A program made the translations under genes and the position numbers. Shown here piece after piece: positions 21,028-30,370 of a stretch of 38,693 nucleotides of DNA. The notes below the pieces were generated by a model. That model saw only the letters and a program-made list of their open reading frames with translations, was not told the DNA's origin and ran no database searches. Positions within the stretch are counted from its first letter, which is position 1. Each line of letters starts with the position of its first letter. This DNA is from Candidatus Zipacnadia bacterium (lineage in GTDB: Bacteria; Armatimonadota; Zipacnadia; Zipacnadales; Zipacnadaceae): NCBI GenBank assembly GCA_029821215.1, contig JALGTV010000001.1:1-38693 (forward strand). The letters run 5' to 3'.

Positions 21028-21260
21028 CTACTACCTTTCTCATTTGTACCAACCCAACAGATAACGCGGGGCGTTATCGTACCCGCAGGCGTAATTATCG
21101 GTACAACCTTGCTTATTTGACGTATTAAGGTCCATAGTGGTTCCACCGTAGATAACCAGCACCGTACCAAAGTCAACATCGGCTGAATAATGATCCACGC
21201 GACTCTGAGCGATATCTGTTGCTTAACCGTAGGGTAACAACCCACCTATTATATCGGTAA

Positions 21261-21289
21261 ATCATATAACCTCCCTTGCCCACTGTCAA
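21261..21289 (-). promoter_or_regulatory. Sigma70 promoter for the S8 protease gene
   Basis: Minus strand TTGACA (21289-21284), 17-nt spacer, TATGAT (21266-21261). Confidence 0.6.
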
Positions 21290-21438
21290 CGCGGATAAGG
21301 GTTTTATAATCTATTGGCTCTGGCTGGGGCGTAACATAATGCGGGTTAGAAGCAGGAACTGTCATAGGATGAGAGAATGGTAGAACAGAACATTACCCAA
21401 TTACTTAGGCGACGCTGATAGGTCAGATTGGGGCTCCG

Positions 21439-22359
21439 ATGATTCCCAAATGGGATGAGATTTTGGTTTGTCCTACCTGCAAAGGCCCTCTGGATAGCAA
21501 TGACCGAGGGTTTTATTGCGGCCGCTGCGCGGTGGACTATGTGGTGGAAGATGGAGTGCCCCGGATGATTGACTGGGAGATGCTTGCCGACCAGGTCCGC
21601 CAGGAGATGGTCGGGCAGGATCGACACTTCGCCTCTCTGCCTGACAAGGCGGTTTTCAAGCCAGCGCTGCATCCGGTGTATCAGCGCCAGCGGCTCCAGC
21701 GGCGGTTAGCTGATTTTCTGAAGGCGGTAGGGACGGATTTGCCGACGGGAGTTAAGGTGCATGTTGCCTGCTGTGGCAGTGGCTATGAAGCTGAAGCTTT
21801 GGCTCAGGCTGGCTATCAAGTGTCGGTCTCTGACATCTCCGCCCAAGCCCTGTGCGCTCTGGAGAAGCGAGCCAACAGCAAGGGCTACCAACTGCCGCAT
21901 CTGCAGGCAGACGTCAACAATTTGCCCTTCAGGGATGACACCTTTGCGGTGGCGGCGGTGGTGGAAGGACTGCACCACACGCCCGATCCGGTGGCGGCGT
22001 TGGGGGAACTGGTGCGGGTGGCCCAGCGGCGAGTAGTAATAATTGAGCCGTACACGGGCCGGCTGTGGGAATTGCTGGCTAAGTTGAAGTTAGCTCACCG
22101 CCAGGAGTATTCGGGTAGCGAACCCGCTCATCTGTGCAGTGAGATGTTAGCCGACATTCTCAGCCACATGGCTGGGGCCGAGCGGCAGCGAAGGTTATAC
22201 GTGGATCTGCCCCCCCAGGGAATAGCGGGGTGGTTGGGCAAATGGATGCTGTCCGCTTTCGTCCTGTTGGGCATCAGCTACTTGGCAGAAGCACTGCTGA
22301 GGCCGGCCGGGATAGGTAACAAGATTCTGTGGGTAGCCGACCTGCGGGGGAAAGACTAA
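21439..22359 (+). CDS. Class I SAM-dependent methyltransferase with N-terminal Trm112-like zinc ribbon
   Basis: LVCPTCKGPL...CGRC...YVVEDGVPRM; motif I variant VACCGSG; DIS; ADVNNLPFRDDTF; LHHTPDP...ELVRV. Confidence 0.85.
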   Translation: MIPKWDEILVCPTCKGPLDSNDRGFYCGRCAVDYVVEDGVPRMIDWEMLADQVRQEMVGQDRHFASLPDKAVFKPALHPVYQRQRLQRRLADFLKAVGTDLPTGVKVHVACCGSGYEAEALAQAGYQVSVSDISAQALCALEKRANSKGYQLPHLQADVNNLPFRDDTFAVAAVVEGLHHTPDPVAALGELVRVAQRRVVIIEPYTGRLWELLAKLKLAHRQEYSGSEPAHLCSEMLADILSHMAGAERQRRLYVDLPPQGIAGWLGKWMLSAFVLLGISYLAEALLRPAGIGNKILWVADLRGKD

Positions 22360-22398
22360 AGTTTTTTCGCCGATTTGGCAAAAAGAAGTCAAAAAGGG

Positions 22399-22427
22399 TT
22401 GACAGAACTCTTTGGGTATGGTATACT
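22399..22427 (+). promoter_or_regulatory. Near-consensus strong sigma70 promoter with A-rich UP-like element
   Basis: TTGACA (22399-22404), 17-nt spacer, TGn-TATACT (22422-22427); A-tracts at about 22379-22395. Confidence 0.8.
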
Positions 22428-22433
22428 GTTAAT

Positions 22434-22694
22434 AGTTGTATAGGTTCAGGGTCCCATTTCTGCACATAGCAACACACGTACCGAAAGTTGCAATAGCGCC
22501 AGCAGCAAAATCAACCGCTTGATGACAGTACCAGTCGCCGCGCTATACACAGCAAAGTAAGTCCCCAGTCTATGTCTGGAATGAGTTTGGGACCCCATCC
22601 ACCCTGAGGAAATTGAAGATTATGTCCGGAGGGTGGAACATGTGGCAGCCGAGCTGTTGTCAACCCCGCCAAAACGCTCGGCTGCCTCTTTTTT
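22434..22694 (+). ncRNA. Candidate structured non-coding RNA (6S-like rod or regulatory leader; family unassigned)
   Basis: Bounded by a strong promoter and a terminator, with no credible ORF. Nested stems GGGTCCCA/TGGGACCC, ACATAG/CTATGT and ATAGCGC/GCGCTAT, plus hairpin TCCACCCT/AGGGTGGA. Confidence 0.55.
22644..22694 (+). terminator. Rho-independent terminator
   Basis: Perfect 11-bp stem GGCAGCCGAGC (22644-22654) / GCTCGGCTGCC (22676-22686) followed by TCTTTTTT. Confidence 0.75.
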
Positions 22695-22763
22695 AGGTAT
22701 CCACAGCCGTATCTCTCAATACTCTGTGGTGCTTGCCTGTGAGTACAGCTCTGTTGTAGAGGC

Positions 22764-22792
22764 TTGCTATTTACCGGCTATGGTATTATACT
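22764..22792 (+). promoter_or_regulatory. Putative sigma70 promoter of hsp20-lon
   Basis: TTGCTA (22764-22769), 17-nt spacer, TATACT (22787-22792); RBS AAGGAGG before 22843. Confidence 0.6.
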
Positions 22793-22842
22793 TATGTGGA
22801 AGTAGGATAAGAATAGAAAGTATTGGCTAAGGAGGCCAGCGG

Positions 22843-23295
22843 ATGTGCCCGGATAGTTTGTCTATGTTGAAACAAAGAGATGCTCCTCCGCCGGGGTCCA
22901 GGCGGCGATTAGCCTCAATCTTTGTTACTCAGAGAGCGTCAATGCGTCCGGTGAACCCCGGTTTCCAGCCACCTACTGATGTGTACGAAACCGAGAATGA
23001 AGTGGTAGTGCGGCTGGAGATTGCCGGCGTAGATCCTGACCAGATAGAGTTAGTGATTGCCGATCAGAGCCGGACATTAACTGTGAGTGGCATCCGGACT
23101 GATCCCGCGGCCGGCCAGCGGCGCAAGTACTACAATATGGAAATAGAGTGTGGCAATTTCGCCCGTCGTATTCGGCTGCCGGTACCAGTCAATGATAGTG
23201 AGGCCAAGGCTCGGTACGAGGAGGGATTCTTAGTCATATCAGTATCCAAAGCTCGTCCTGATACCTCAACCCCACGCAATGTACCGGTAGAATAG
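22843..23295 (+). CDS. Hsp20/alpha-crystallin family small heat-shock protein
   Basis: PPTDVYET...EIAGV, EIECGNFARRIRLP, ARYEEGFLVI and a C-terminal VPV (IXI-like) motif. Confidence 0.9.
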   Translation: MCPDSLSMLKQRDAPPPGSRRRLASIFVTQRASMRPVNPGFQPPTDVYETENEVVVRLEIAGVDPDQIELVIADQSRTLTVSGIRTDPAAGQRRKYYNMEIECGNFARRIRLPVPVNDSEAKARYEEGFLVISVSKARPDTSTPRNVPVE

Positions 23296-23300
23296 CCCCT

Positions 23301-25679
23301 ATGGTGACTGCTATGACGCCCCCAGATAACCCGGAAATCACGGTGCCCGAGCAACTGCCCATACTGCCGGTCAGTGATGCGGTCGTATACCCGTATATGA
23401 TGGCGCCACTGGCGGTGCGTTCTGATGACGCGCCCTTAGTTGATGCTGTGGTCTCGGGGAACCGTCTGCTGGGAGTGGTTGTACAGCTCCCTGAATCCGA
23501 CCGGAAAGAAGCAGAGGGCAGTTTGCCGCCGGGAGCAGGCCAGTTGTATGATATCGGCTGTGCGGCCATCGTACAGAAAATGCTGCAAATGCCTGATGAG
23601 AGCCGCCGGCTGCTTATTCGGGGAGTAGCCCGGATTCGGATTGAAGAGTATGTTCAGACTGAGCCCTTCCGTATTGCCCGCGTCTCGGCTATTGAGGAAA
23701 TAGAGCCAGAGGACGAGCAGGTAGAGGTATTGGCGCAGAGTCTGCTTGAGACCTTTCAGCAGATTGTGGACGCCTCGCCCGCCCTGCCCGAGGAAGCATA
23801 CTTACAGGCATTAAATGTACCCTCTCGCGCAGCCTTATGCGACTTGGTCGCCTCGGCGCTGGATATTGATATATCCACCAAGCAAAAGATCCTGGAGACT
23901 GCAAATGTGGCCGACCGGTTGTCAATAGTCAGTGGGGCGGCTCATCGGGAACTGGCCCGTCTGCAAGCAGCCCAGCGAGTTTTTTCGGAGGCACGGGAAG
24001 AAATAGAGAGAACCCAACGTGACTATTTCCTGCGCCAGCAACTCAAGGCTATTCAACGGGAGCTGGGTGAGGAGGGCGAGAGCGAGGAGATACAGCAGCT
24101 TCGCCGGCGGGTGGCGGAGGCTAACCTGACTGAGCCGGCGCGGGAGACGGCTGAGCGGGAACTGGATCGCTTGGTTCAAATGCACCCGGCAGCGGCTGAA
24201 CACAGTGTAGTGCGTAATTATCTGGAATGGATCCTGGATATACCCTGGCAGGAAAGCTCCGAGGAACACATAGATGTGCAGCAGGCCCAGGAGGTTCTGG
24301 ACAAAGACCACTATGACCTGGATGACGTCAAGGAGCGGATAGTGGAGCATCTGGCGGTGCGCCAGCTCAAACCCGACACTAAAGGACCTATCCTGTGCTT
24401 CATCGGGCCGCCGGGAGTAGGCAAAACATCGCTGGGGCGCAGTATTGCCCAGGCCACCGGCCGAGAATTCATTAGGATTTCACTGGGCGGCATCCGGGAT
24501 GAGGCGGAAATCCGCGGCCACCGCCGCACCTATGTGGGCGCCTTGCCAGGGCGAATCATTCAAGGACTGCGCACCGTCGGCACCAATAATCCGGTCTTTA
24601 TGCTGGATGAGATTGACAAGGTAGGCGCTGACTTCCGGGGTGACCCTTCTTCGGCTCTGCTGGAGGTGCTTGACCCCGAGCAGAATGATAGCTTCTCCGA
24701 TCACTACCTGGAGATCCCCTTTGACCTCTCGCGGGTGATGTTCATTACCACCGGCAATATCACCGCTACCATCCCACCAGCGCTGCTGGATCGGATGGAA
24801 GTGCTGCGCATTCCCGGGTACACTGATGAGGAGAAGATCCACATTGCCACGCGGTATCTGATCCCCCGACAGCGGGAGCAACACGGACTGAATAGCAAGC
24901 AGGTGCACATCACCACCGCCGCCTTGAGCCAGATTATCAGCGGGTACACGCGGGAAGCGGGAGTGCGTAACCTGGAGCGGCAGATTGGGGCGATATGCCG
25001 CAAAATAGCATGGCGGGTAGCTGGTGGTGAAGAAGACTTACCTTCGGTCAATGTCAACAATCTTCAGGAGTTCCTGGGGCATCCTAAGTTCTTCCGGGAG
25101 ACAGCAGAGCGCATCACTACCCCCGGGGTGGTCTGTGGATTGGCCTGGACGGAGGCCGGCGGCGAAGTGCTATTTGTGGAAGCTAACCGCATGCCGGGGA
25201 AGAAATCCCTGACCCTCACCGGGCAACTGGGAGACGTGATGCAGGAGTCGGCGCAGGCGGCCCTCAGTTGGGTGCGCAGTAATGCCCAGCAGCTGGATAT
25301 TGCTCCTGACTTCTATGAGAAAACCGACCTTCACGTGCATGTTCCCAGTGGGGCGACTCCGAAAGATGGCCCATCGGCAGGCGTGGCTATGGCAGCAGCT
25401 CTCACCTCCCTGCTGACCGGACGGCTGGCCCGCGGTAATGTGGGCATGTCCGGCGAGATAACCCTCCGGGGCAAGGTGCTGCCCGTAGGCGGCATCAAAG
25501 AAAAGGTGCTGGGTGCTAAGCGGGCCGGGCTGGACACCATCATCCTTCCCGCCCGCAATAAAGGCGATGTTTTGGATCTGGAAGAGGAGCTAATTGAAGG
25601 GCTTCATTTTATCTACGCTGAGACCATAAATGAAGTGATTGACGCTGCCCTGGAACCGGAACCGTCCGATCCCGCCTGA
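23301..25679 (+). CDS. lon: ATP-dependent protease La (LonA)
   Basis: LON N-domain, Walker A GPPGVGKTS, EIRGHRRTYVGA, catalytic PKDGPSAG and PVGGIKEK. Confidence 0.96.
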   Translation: MVTAMTPPDNPEITVPEQLPILPVSDAVVYPYMMAPLAVRSDDAPLVDAVVSGNRLLGVVVQLPESDRKEAEGSLPPGAGQLYDIGCAAIVQKMLQMPDESRRLLIRGVARIRIEEYVQTEPFRIARVSAIEEIEPEDEQVEVLAQSLLETFQQIVDASPALPEEAYLQALNVPSRAALCDLVASALDIDISTKQKILETANVADRLSIVSGAAHRELARLQAAQRVFSEAREEIERTQRDYFLRQQLKAIQRELGEEGESEEIQQLRRRVAEANLTEPARETAERELDRLVQMHPAAAEHSVVRNYLEWILDIPWQESSEEHIDVQQAQEVLDKDHYDLDDVKERIVEHLAVRQLKPDTKGPILCFIGPPGVGKTSLGRSIAQATGREFIRISLGGIRDEAEIRGHRRTYVGALPGRIIQGLRTVGTNNPVFMLDEIDKVGADFRGDPSSALLEVLDPEQNDSFSDHYLEIPFDLSRVMFITTGNITATIPPALLDRMEVLRIPGYTDEEKIHIATRYLIPRQREQHGLNSKQVHITTAALSQIISGYTREAGVRNLERQIGAICRKIAWRVAGGEEDLPSVNVNNLQEFLGHPKFFRETAERITTPGVVCGLAWTEAGGEVLFVEANRMPGKKSLTLTGQLGDVMQESAQAALSWVRSNAQQLDIAPDFYEKTDLHVHVPSGATPKDGPSAGVAMAAALTSLLTGRLARGNVGMSGEITLRGKVLPVGGIKEKVLGAKRAGLDTIILPARNKGDVLDLEEELIEGLHFIYAETINEVIDAALEPEPSDPA

Positions 25680-25808
25680 CATCTATCCTTCCTCTATCGC
25701 CACTGTGTGCTCAGTTCCTCAGAAGTCAGTTCCAGCCGGTAGTTGCGCACGCTGCGCCGGGCTTTCGCGAGATCACGGGAGGATTTCATATGGTTGAGCT
25801 GAGGCCGG

Positions 25809-27518
25809 TTACCAAACGATCACCGCCGACCTGGGTTGATCGGGTTCCGGCTCAGCCCTACTTAGGCCCTCCTCTCGTCCCTGGTAAAGAGGCATTACCT
25901 GGTAAAGGGTGGTGAGCCGCCTGGATTCTTCATCTGAGGGGCCTCCCGAGATAGAATCTACCCTTGTTACCGTAGGGCCATGCCAGTGCGCCCGGAAGAT
26001 CTGTTCGGGAAATTTATGATGCTTGAGTGTATCCTCAGTGATTTCATCCTTTACCGAGAACTGAATCTGGATGCGGCTGCCGGCAGCCACGTGCGGCCAT
26101 TGTAGATAGTTACCTGAGATTTTATAGTCAGTGGTGACATTATTCATATCCGCTTGTACCACGTGCGACTTCCCTGGGATACGCACTGATAGTGAACCCT
26201 CTCGCTCAGGCTGAATCACTAACTCACCAGGGAAAGGCGCGGCCACCTTGAGTCCATCACACCAGCGGTTTAGGGGCAGATGTACTACCCAACCTCCGGG
26301 CACTGACTCCACGGCCTGGCTCCAGACTAGATACAGGCCCTTTAGTCCTGACGGTCCACAGCAATTCTGTGTCACCCGTGGTTTGTTGAGGTAAATAGTG
26401 GGGTCAGCCGTCGGCTTTAGCCAGCCACGGCCAAAATAGGGGGTATGGCCAAACATATAATCCGGCCTGCTCCAACCGGCAAAGCCCCCTATCAGCCGCT
26501 TACCAACCTTATCTTCTAAAATGATATCGGTGCGAGGTGCGGGCTGGCCCCCCCGTGCCCACTGGGCCGAAGTAAATTGACTCTCAATTAGGTGATTGCG
26601 CACTATGCGATCAATTTCATCCCACAATTCTTCGTGGCCGTTAGATGCTAATAATAACATCAAATCCAGGTAGTCCATCAGACAGCAGGTCTCGCAGATG
26701 AGGCAGGGCGCCCCCACAGCTTCGGGAACGAACCCAGTAGGAAGGCTTATCTGGCGTGCAAATTGCCAGGCCCGGTAGGCCAGTTCACACCACTGACGCT
26801 TGCCGCTGGCCAACCCTACTGCCATAAGCCCTGCGGCTGTGGCCAGACGGGAATGCACATGGCCCTCGAAACTGCCATCCTCACTAAAGACTTCTTGTCG
26901 CTTCACCATTCGGCGAGTCAGGTCAATAGCCAGTTCCAAAGCCGGCTCGTAGTCCAGTAGCTCCGCTGCCCGCACCAGAGGCCGAACTAGAGGGCCCACA
27001 AAAAAGCCGATGTTGGAGGCACTATCTAACCAGCCTCCGGGGGTATACTTGGTGCCTGGGTAGTAGCGTCCATCCTCATCACTAACACTGATTGCCCGCA
27101 GTCCATCTACCATATTCCTCAACACCGTGCGTACCCTCTCACCGCCAGCGGCCATCACCCAGGAACACAGTGCGTTTAGGGTACGGCTCTGATCAAAAAG
27201 CTCAGCAACATGTTGGCTATAGGAGGTCTCAGGGCGGTAGTTTAAGCCATCGCCACTGTCAAAATACTGGATAAGCAAATCCCCCAGGCGGTCAGTAGTT
27301 GTCGGTCGGTAGCCGGTCATCACCTCGACCATAAGCGCTGATTCCAAATAGCGAGCAGTTAAGTCCCCAAAGTCCGGCCAGTCGTGGACGGCCTGAGGCG
27401 GTGTCTGGTCGAATACAATGAAGTAGGGCTGAGCGGTTATGGGGTCAACCATCTGCTGGACAAAATTGGCGTGAAGCCGTGCTCGGCCCTCAAAATCCAC
27501 ATGTCCGGAAATAATCAT
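25809..27518 (-). CDS. Putative GH127/GH146-like (alpha/alpha)6 cysteine glycosidase
   Basis: CETCC and QNCCGPSG motifs resemble the E-x-C...CC zinc/nucleophile site of HypBA1; also GHVHS, RNHLIESQ and C-terminal beta domains (LSVRIP). Confidence 0.6.
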   Translation of the reverse strand: MIISGHVDFEGRARLHANFVQQMVDPITAQPYFIVFDQTPPQAVHDWPDFGDLTARYLESALMVEVMTGYRPTTTDRLGDLLIQYFDSGDGLNYRPETSYSQHVAELFDQSRTLNALCSWVMAAGGERVRTVLRNMVDGLRAISVSDEDGRYYPGTKYTPGGWLDSASNIGFFVGPLVRPLVRAAELLDYEPALELAIDLTRRMVKRQEVFSEDGSFEGHVHSRLATAAGLMAVGLASGKRQWCELAYRAWQFARQISLPTGFVPEAVGAPCLICETCCLMDYLDLMLLLASNGHEELWDEIDRIVRNHLIESQFTSAQWARGGQPAPRTDIILEDKVGKRLIGGFAGWSRPDYMFGHTPYFGRGWLKPTADPTIYLNKPRVTQNCCGPSGLKGLYLVWSQAVESVPGGWVVHLPLNRWCDGLKVAAPFPGELVIQPEREGSLSVRIPGKSHVVQADMNNVTTDYKISGNYLQWPHVAAGSRIQIQFSVKDEITEDTLKHHKFPEQIFRAHWHGPTVTRVDSISGGPSDEESRRLTTLYQVMPLYQGREEGLSRAEPEPDQPRSAVIVW

Positions 27519-27650
27519 AATTCTGTCCTCCTTCTTTCCTAACTCAAAATTGAGATTAGATGTAGCTAATAATTATTTCGTGCCAGACTCCGCATAATCC
27601 TCCCTCGGGTTAATGCCTGCGCCAGGGCAAGAGTCATAGCTGCGGCACGG

Positions 27651-29093
27651 TTAGCATTGAGGGTGTTTGACTATCGCTCCCTCGTAGAGCTGCTCGTATT
27701 TTTCGGCGGAGCGGGACCAGGAGAAATCAGAAGCAAAAGCGTTAGCCACGATCTGCCGCCAGCGGCGGGGCTTCTTAGTATAGGTCTGAATGGCTCGCTT
27801 AAGAGCCGCCAGGAGCTGGGAGGCTGAATACTCCTCAAAGATGTAGCCATTTTGAGGATGGCCGCGCCCACCACGTTCCTTGATGCTATCGGCCAAGCCG
27901 CCAGTAGCCCGCACCACGGGAATGGTCCCATAAGCCAGAGCGATCATTTGTCCCAGACCGCAGGGTTCGTAGCGGGAGGGCATCAGGAACATATCGGCCC
28001 CCGCATATATTTGTCGGGCCAAGGCAGCGCTGAATTGGATGAAGACGGAGATGTTAGGCTGGCTGGCGGCCTGACGCAACACCTGTTCATAATGCGCATC
28101 GCCGGTGCCCAGCACCACGAGCTGGGCATCGGTGATTTTGGGCAGAACTTCGGCCAGGATATCCAGACCCTTTTGAGCATCAAGCCGGGTCACCATGCCG
28201 ATGAGCGGGACTCTCTCGTCGGTAGGTAACCCCGCCTGCTGCTGGAGGGCACGCTTGCACTGGGCTTTGCCGGTGGGGTCGGTGGCATTATAATTGGCCG
28301 CGATATGCGGGTCGGTGGCCGGATTCCACACATCGTAGTCAATACCGTTGAGGATGCCCCAAATATCGTCGCGCCGCTGCTGGACCAGATGACAGATACC
28401 AGGCCCCCATTGTTCAGTAGCAATTTCGCGCGCGTATGTCTCACTGACAGTGTTAGCCATATCAGCACAGGCCAGACCGGCGCGGGCCAGATTAATCTGG
28501 TCATCGGTGACTAAATGGCAGGCACTGACAGTGTCGGCATCCAGACCGGTAACCGGAAGCATATCGGCGGGAAAGGTTCCCTGGTAAGCCTGGCCCAGAT
28601 TGTGAGCGGTGAAAACCGTGGCCGGACCGGTGTCGGCCGTGTGTAAGTAAGCAGCTATCAAGGAAGTGTGCCAGTCATTGAGATGAATTACATCCGGCTG
28701 CCAGGATAGTGAATCCCCAATGGCCAGTACAGCCCGACAAAAGAAAGATAGTCGCTCCAGATTGTCCTCATAGCTGGTCCCAGGGGGGCCGTACACATAG
28801 GGGCGGGAGAAGTAGTCGTGGTGTTCAATGAAATAGATAGGCACCGCCGAGTCGGGTAGGCGCGCTTCATCCACGGCACAGCCTGAGACCCAATCGGCTA
28901 TAGGCACCGGACAACTGGATACCACCCGCCACATCTCCTGACCCGCCTCGGTAACGCTGGTGTACTTAGGCATAATCACTCGAATATCAATGTCCCGTTG
29001 GGCCAGGGCTTTAGGCAGTGAACCGGCCACATCCGCCAGCCCACCGACCTTGGCAAAGGGAGCAACCTCAGCAGACGCCAGTAAAACCTTCAT
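27651..29093 (-). CDS. glgA: Glycogen synthase (ADP-glucose dependent, GT5)
   Basis: KVGGLADV, HLNDWHT, GILNGID, MPSRYEPCGLGQM and TGGLAD motifs. Confidence 0.95.
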   Translation of the reverse strand: MKVLLASAEVAPFAKVGGLADVAGSLPKALAQRDIDIRVIMPKYTSVTEAGQEMWRVVSSCPVPIADWVSGCAVDEARLPDSAVPIYFIEHHDYFSRPYVYGPPGTSYEDNLERLSFFCRAVLAIGDSLSWQPDVIHLNDWHTSLIAAYLHTADTGPATVFTAHNLGQAYQGTFPADMLPVTGLDADTVSACHLVTDDQINLARAGLACADMANTVSETYAREIATEQWGPGICHLVQQRRDDIWGILNGIDYDVWNPATDPHIAANYNATDPTGKAQCKRALQQQAGLPTDERVPLIGMVTRLDAQKGLDILAEVLPKITDAQLVVLGTGDAHYEQVLRQAASQPNISVFIQFSAALARQIYAGADMFLMPSRYEPCGLGQMIALAYGTIPVVRATGGLADSIKERGGRGHPQNGYIFEEYSASQLLAALKRAIQTYTKKPRRWRQIVANAFASDFSWSRSAEKYEQLYEGAIVKHPQC

Positions 29094-29132
29094 AGTAGTC
29101 TCCTCCTGTGGGCATGATTGTCCCTAATCTCG

Positions 29133-30368
29133 TCAATCTAATATGACTCCGGCGGGTACTACGGTAATACCTTCCTCGGTGACCACAAACTTCTTTTTGT
29201 CAGCCTCGGGGTCAAGGCCAATATGGTAGCCGGGAGGGATGGTGACGCCTTCATCCACGATTACCTTTTGCAGTCGCGCTCCAGAACCGACCTGCACTTC
29301 GTCCATGAGAATTGACTGGGCAACCTGGGCATCTTCGGCGACGTAGACACCGGGGGATAGTACACAGTGACTGACGGTGGCGGCTGAGATTATGCAGCCG
29401 GGTGCCACCAGGCTATCGTTTAAGCTGGTCTGCTGACCGTGGACGATTTTGGCGGGCGGGTGGTAGCCCTGATCACCGTAGATGGGCCAGGCGGAGTCGT
29501 ACATATCCAGTTTGGGCAGCGGACTGGTCAGGTCCATATTGGCTCTCCAGTAGACATCCAGGGAGCCGATGTCGCGCCAATAGGCGGGCTGGTCAGTATC
29601 TGGATCGGAGAAGCAATAAGCATAAGCGGCCAGACCCTGGTCAACCATTTTCGGAACTATGTCTCTGCCGAAATCATGAGTGCTGTCGGCAGTGGCGTCC
29701 TCGGCGACCTGGCGAGCCAGGACCTCGGTATTCCACAGATATACACCCATTGAAGCCAGGCAGTATTCCTCATTGCCGGGCATGGGGTGAGGGTCAGCGG
29801 GTTTCTCCACAAATCCGGTGATTCGCCCCTCCTCATCACACTCAACCACACCCAGTTGAGTGCAGCGCTGCCGGGGCAGGGGCAGACAAGCCAGGGTAAG
29901 GTCGGCCTGGTTGGTTTCGTGAAAGGCTAACAGGCGGCGATAATTCATTTTGTAAACGTGGTCGCCCGAGAGCAGAAACACCCGGGCGGGGCGTTCTTCC
30001 TGCAACAGGAACAGATTCTGATAGATAGCATCAGCCGTACCCCCATACCAGCGCTCGGCAAAAATCTTCTGGGGGGGGATAGTATCAATGAATTCTCCCA
30101 GGGGTTCAGCGAACATATCCAACCAGCCGCGACGGATATGGCGGTGTAGGGAGCTGGCGGCATATTGAGTAAGCAGGTGAATGCGCTTCAGATTGGAGTT
30201 GACGCAGTTACTAAGCGTAAAGTCAATCATGCGGTAAGTGCCGCCGAACCGCACCGCCGGTTTGGCACGGCGGCGGGTAAGCGGATAAAGACGCTGGCCC
30301 TGACCGCCGGCGAGAATCATGACTACTGATTGTCTGATGAGCTTGGCCAGCTCTTCTGATTCGCTCAT
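29133..30368 (-). CDS. glgC: Glucose-1-phosphate adenylyltransferase
   Basis: LAGGQGQRLYPLT...AKPAV, WYGGTADAIYQN, SGDHVYKM, FVEKP, SMGVY, DFGRDI and YWRDIG motifs. Confidence 0.95.
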   Translation of the reverse strand: MSESEELAKLIRQSVVMILAGGQGQRLYPLTRRRAKPAVRFGGTYRMIDFTLSNCVNSNLKRIHLLTQYAASSLHRHIRRGWLDMFAEPLGEFIDTIPPQKIFAERWYGGTADAIYQNLFLLQEERPARVFLLSGDHVYKMNYRRLLAFHETNQADLTLACLPLPRQRCTQLGVVECDEEGRITGFVEKPADPHPMPGNEEYCLASMGVYLWNTEVLARQVAEDATADSTHDFGRDIVPKMVDQGLAAYAYCFSDPDTDQPAYWRDIGSLDVYWRANMDLTSPLPKLDMYDSAWPIYGDQGYHPPAKIVHGQQTSLNDSLVAPGCIISAATVSHCVLSPGVYVAEDAQVAQSILMDEVQVGSGARLQKVIVDEGVTIPPGYHIGLDPEADKKKFVVTEEGITVVPAGVILD

Positions 30369-30370
30369 AC

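Noticed and set aside
20991..21245. 84-aa ORF upstream of and overlapping the S8 protease start
   Set aside because: No RBS or motif, and it overlaps a structured leader. More likely untranslated.
22630..22694. T-box riboswitch (AGGGTGGAAC before a terminator)
   Set aside because: The bulge reads TGGAACA rather than TGGNACC, I could not identify Stem I motifs, and the downstream genes are not amino-acid related. Left to an Rfam scan.
22561..22830. Coding or selenoprotein reading of frame 1 (TGA at 22582, then VWDPIHPEEIEDYVRRVEH..., ORF 22633..22830)
   Set aside because: There is an in-frame TAA just upstream with no start or RBS between, and the frame runs through a terminator and the hsp20 promoter.
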